Below are positions 61,055 through 64,000 of a DNA stretch of 64,000 nucleotides, piece by piece. A program made the translations under genes and the position numbers. How positions within the stretch are numbered: position 1 is the first letter of the stretch; the number at the start of each line of letters is the position of its first letter. The DNA lies in IMG/VR virus record IMGVR_UViG_3300027736_000020, positions 1-64,000 of that record. One strand, written 5' to 3'. Origin of the DNA: a virus. The notes beneath the pieces were generated by a model that did not search any database, was not told where the DNA came from, and was given only the letters and a program-made list of their open reading frames with translations.

Positions 61055-64000
61055 TTATCTGAATAATATTGAAAATGCAATTGCGCGATTAGCACCTGCC
61101 GCAGTCGTCCAAGCAACCGTCCCCGATGTGTCGGTAGCGGCGAGTACTTGTCCGACTACAGGGGCGGAAGGAAGATTGACCTGCAACGTTCCCGCAGTGC
61201 CAATACGCAAATTTCCATTATCTGTACGCAATGTTGTGGTTCCAATCCCACCATCTCCAGTTCTTGCTGAACTATTGGTAAAGATAACAAATTTTGTTTC
61301 AAGAACGTCATTTCCCATCCTGAATATTGTATAAGAAGTATTTTCTGCGCTTGTATTTCGCAAATAGAAAGCAGCTTCAGTCGTATTGGATTTAACGACA
61401 GAAAGATCACCGGAAGGACTGGTGGTTCCAATACCGACGTTTCCAGCAGAAGTAATTCGCATACGTTCGAGAAATGTGCTTCCGCTCCAAAGCGTATGCA
61501 CCAAATCCGCTGCCCCATTCGTGTTCGTCATTATTGCTTTGATTTGAGCGTTACCCAAATCGCCCGAATACGTAGAACTTTCTAAGGCAAAATTTAATGA
61601 CGCATCATTTCCAATTGTCGCCGTCGCGCCATTGACAATGCTTATTTCTCCGCCTCTTCCTCCCGCAGTATCTTTCCTTACTGAAAGCAAAGATTCTGGA
61701 CTAGTGGTCCCAAGACCCACAAAACCTTCGCGAGAAAAATATATTTTTGATGACCCTCCGCCTGCATTTACCGCAGAATTGTTAAGAAAATCCAAACCTC
61801 CATAAGATGCTCGAATGCTATAATTATTTACGTAGCTAATTGCGGTAGCATTAACTGCGGTGCTTATTGTTTGATTTGTGCTATTTGTTACGGTATATGT
61901 TCCAACACCGCCCGTTCCTCCCGTAGTTGGAATAAGTGCCGTGATAGTCACTACCGAGGTTATGTCGGGTCCGCTAACTACTTGGCCGACTGCCCATGTG
62001 CTGGCAGGCCCAGTTGTCGAAACAACAGTTAGTGTCGTTCCCGAAAGGGTGATTGTTCCATAAGCGGCTACCGAATCAAAATACAGCGCTGTTGACAATT
62101 GAGGATTGTCTGTTCTGCGCTTCATTTGCAATCCGGCGAAACCAGTTCCGGCTATTTCCAAAGTGGTTGCGGGAGTCGTGGTCCCAATGCCGACGTTGCC
62201 ACCAGATTTGAATGTCACCAAGTCGGCAGTGTTAATGCGTATTCGTATATCGTCGGTACTTGCCGTTTCAACACGCAGAACGTTATCTGTTCCTAATCCA
62301 ATGTATGCTTTTGCCACGTCCGCAGCCGAAAATTGCATTAATCGGTTTGTTCCGGCCGCTGCGTTTATTGTCAACAGTTGCCCCGGACTTGTGGTCCCAA
62401 TGCCGACGTTGCCTCCTGTAAAAAGCGCGGAATACGTGGAATTAGAAAACGTCTGTGTCGCTGTCCATGTATTTGCGGTGGAAAGCGAAGCCCCTCCTCC
62501 TCCGCCACTGCCTACTAAAGTCTCTGCTCCAGTCCCTGATTTGTAATACAAGGATCCAGACTTGCTATATAGCGTGAATTTTCCAGTTCCCGGAGCATTT
62601 GGCGCGACAGAAAGATCTGTCAATGTCAACTGGTTGATATTGGAAATCTGTCCGGTAGTACTATCCGGTGCAGGAACTCCAAGGCTAAGACCATCGCTGG
62701 TGATGGAAAAAGAACTTCCGGCCGCAGAAAGACTTCCTCCTGTGATGATCGGCAAATCCGTCCCAAAGATCGTGGCAAACGCCAATGAGGAAGAGCTTCC
62801 TCCCCCGCCTCCACTTCCGCTGCTGAATACCGACTCCGCCCCAGTATCCGTACGCTTGTAGAGGAATCCGTCGTCCTTGAAATACATCTTGATGTACCCA
62901 GTAGAAGGATTGGTAAGAGCCAGTGCTTCCGCTGTCGTATTCAGTTTGTAGGAAATGGACGTGAAAATCTGGTTTGCTGTCCATGTATTTTGTGTTGCCA
63001 ACATCAGGGTGCTTCCTGCACCCCAGCTCAAGTTTCCTGAACCATCAGTGGTTAAAGTCTGCCCATTGCTTCCCGCAGTAGGGGGAAATATATATGTCGT
63101 TGCAGAGGCAGTTGCAGAACCTTGGAAAATTGTGGCTACGGAGTTGCTCAGGAGACCAATGCTCGTCAATCCCGCTATGGTTGCGGAAGTGGCACCCAGA
63201 GCCACCGATGTCGATCCGTATTGCACTGTAGAGCTGACAAGCTTGGCATTCGCTATGGAACCAGCAAGCATGGTGTTTGTTACTGTTGCGCTATCGCCAG
63301 TTCCAATCAATGTTCCCGCAAGAAGAGGCAGTGAAAATGCTCGTGCTGCTGTTTGACTTGCATTTGCCACCAAGGTTGAGGTGTAGGCATTTCCGATCAA
63401 TGACAAAGTAGAACTGCTCAGAACATTTGCCGCGCCAATTTTATATGTTTTTCCGGCCGCAAGATCAAAATTCTCACTCGATGTCCACGAAGCACCTGTA
63501 CTAACCCAATTAAGTGTCTTGTCTGATGCTCCTTTTACGGTTATTCCTGCGCCATCAGCGGTGGTGTCAGTAGGAGACGCAATGCTTGCCAATTCAATAT
63601 TTTTGTCATCTACAGACAAGGTTGTGGAATTTATGGTTGTGGTTGTGCCATTTACCGTCAAGTCTCCGGTTACCGTAAGCGAACTGTTTACGGTAACTAA
63701 TCCACCAGCTGCACTTCCAATATTGACATTTGTCGTTGATGAGGCCGCTCCCCCAGTGCCAATGTTTACGGTCTTTATCGTTGAAGCAGCAACGGCTCCC
63801 GTTGATATGTTTGTCGTACTTGCGGCAGTTCCAGTGTATCCAACGGTCAATGTTGTTGCGCTTGCAAATGCGCCAAAGGTTGCGCCTGAATCCATCGTAG
63901 TCGCGAACGTCGGTGAGGTGGAAAACACCAACGTTCCGCTTCCCGTTTCGTCCGTGACAGCAGAAAGCAAATTTGCACTACTTGGTGTACCAAGGAATGT
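61055..64000 (-). CDS. Long tail fibre protein, 5' end beyond the window
   Basis: Frame is open to base 64000 (TFLGTPSSANLLSAVTDETG); VDDKNIEL, three GNVGIGTT motifs, ends RAIAFSILFR. Confidence 0.88.
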   Translation of the reverse strand, partial: TFLGTPSSANLLSAVTDETGSGTLVFSTSPTFATTMDSGATFGAFASATTLTVGYTGTAASTTNISTGAVAASTIKTVNIGTGGAASSTTNVNIGSAAGGLVTVNSSLTVTGDLTVNGTTTTINSTTLSVDDKNIELASIASPTDTTADGAGITVKGASDKTLNWVSTGASWTSSENFDLAAGKTYKIGAANVLSSSTLSLIGNAYTSTLVANASQTAARAFSLPLLAGTLIGTGDSATVTNTMLAGSIANAKLVSSTVQYGSTSVALGATSATIAGLTSIGLLSNSVATIFQGSATASATTYIFPPTAGSNGQTLTTDGSGNLSWGAGSTLMLATQNTWTANQIFTSISYKLNTTAEALALTNPSTGYIKMYFKDDGFLYKRTDTGAESVFSSGSGGGGGSSSSLAFATIFGTDLPIITGGSLSAAGSSFSITSDGLSLGVPAPDSTTGQISNINQLTLTDLSVAPNAPGTGKFTLYSKSGSLYYKSGTGAETLVGSGGGGGASLSTANTWTATQTFSNSTYSALFTGGNVGIGTTSPGQLLTINAAAGTNRLMQFSAADVAKAYIGLGTDNVLRVETASTDDIRIRINTADLVTFKSGGNVGIGTTTPATTLEIAGTGFAGLQMKRRTDNPQLSTALYFDSVAAYGTITLSGTTLTVVSTTGPASTWAVGQVVSGPDITSVVTITALIPTTGGTGGVGTYTVTNSTNQTISTAVNATAISYVNNYSIRASYGGLDFLNNSAVNAGGGSSKIYFSREGFVGLGTTSPESLLSVRKDTAGGRGGEISIVNGATATIGNDASLNFALESSTYSGDLGNAQIKAIMTNTNGAADLVHTLWSGSTFLERMRITSAGNVGIGTTSPSGDLSVVKSNTTEAAFYLRNTSAENTSYTIFRMGNDVLETKFVIFTNSSARTGDGGIGTTTLRTDNGNLRIGTAGTLQVNLPSAPVVGQVLAATDTSGTVAWTTAAGANRAIAFSILFR

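Noticed and set aside
53005-62413. Invertible shufflon
   Set aside because: All repeat copies are in direct orientation, all fibre genes are on one strand and no invertase is present in the window.
50699-64000. Diversity-generating retroelement (TR/VR pair)
   Set aside because: No reverse transcriptase in the window, shared segments lie inside coding regions, and mismatches are not adenine-specific.
1-64000. Stop-codon reassignment, inteins or introns, tRNA genes
   Set aside because: Genes tile densely under the standard code; dnaE, thyA and terL are uninterrupted and of normal length; no T-loop or cloverleaf was spotted by eye (tRNAscan would be decisive).

Overview
A 64-kb segment of a large lytic-type dsDNA myovirus (Caudoviricetes). 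No host genes, tRNA, rRNA, CRISPR array, integrase or reverse transcriptase were seen. From left to right: (1) a ~1-kb non-coding structured region (cGNAg hairpins, six 25-bp direct repeats, A-tracts, a 13-bp inverted repeat) that looks like an origin or terminus; (2) a plus-strand block with dnaE, thyA, a thermonuclease and DHFR, interleaved with putative head-associated proteins including a kinase-fold protein with HGN in place of HGD and a 1529-aa protein; (3) everything from 13798 onward on the minus strand: an 870-aa probable head protein, portal, TerL, probable TerS, RuvC, primase-helicase, a sigma70-promoter-led Ycf35-like/Ycf46-like AAA/DUF3150-like triad, HNH, M23 endolysin, metallophosphoesterase, baseplate genes enlarged by inserted domains, and an array of tail-fibre, small adaptor and lectin/Gly-rich cassettes running off the right edge. 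The most unusual signals are a 23-bp DNA word conserved at synonymous positions across three fibre genes, a shared terminal WFxx[ST][VI] motif and KS/KA motifs in several unrelated putative head proteins, the pseudokinase, and the AAA triad. All family assignments come from motif recognition by eye. No database searches or composition statistics were run, so GC remarks are qualitative. Host identity is not established.
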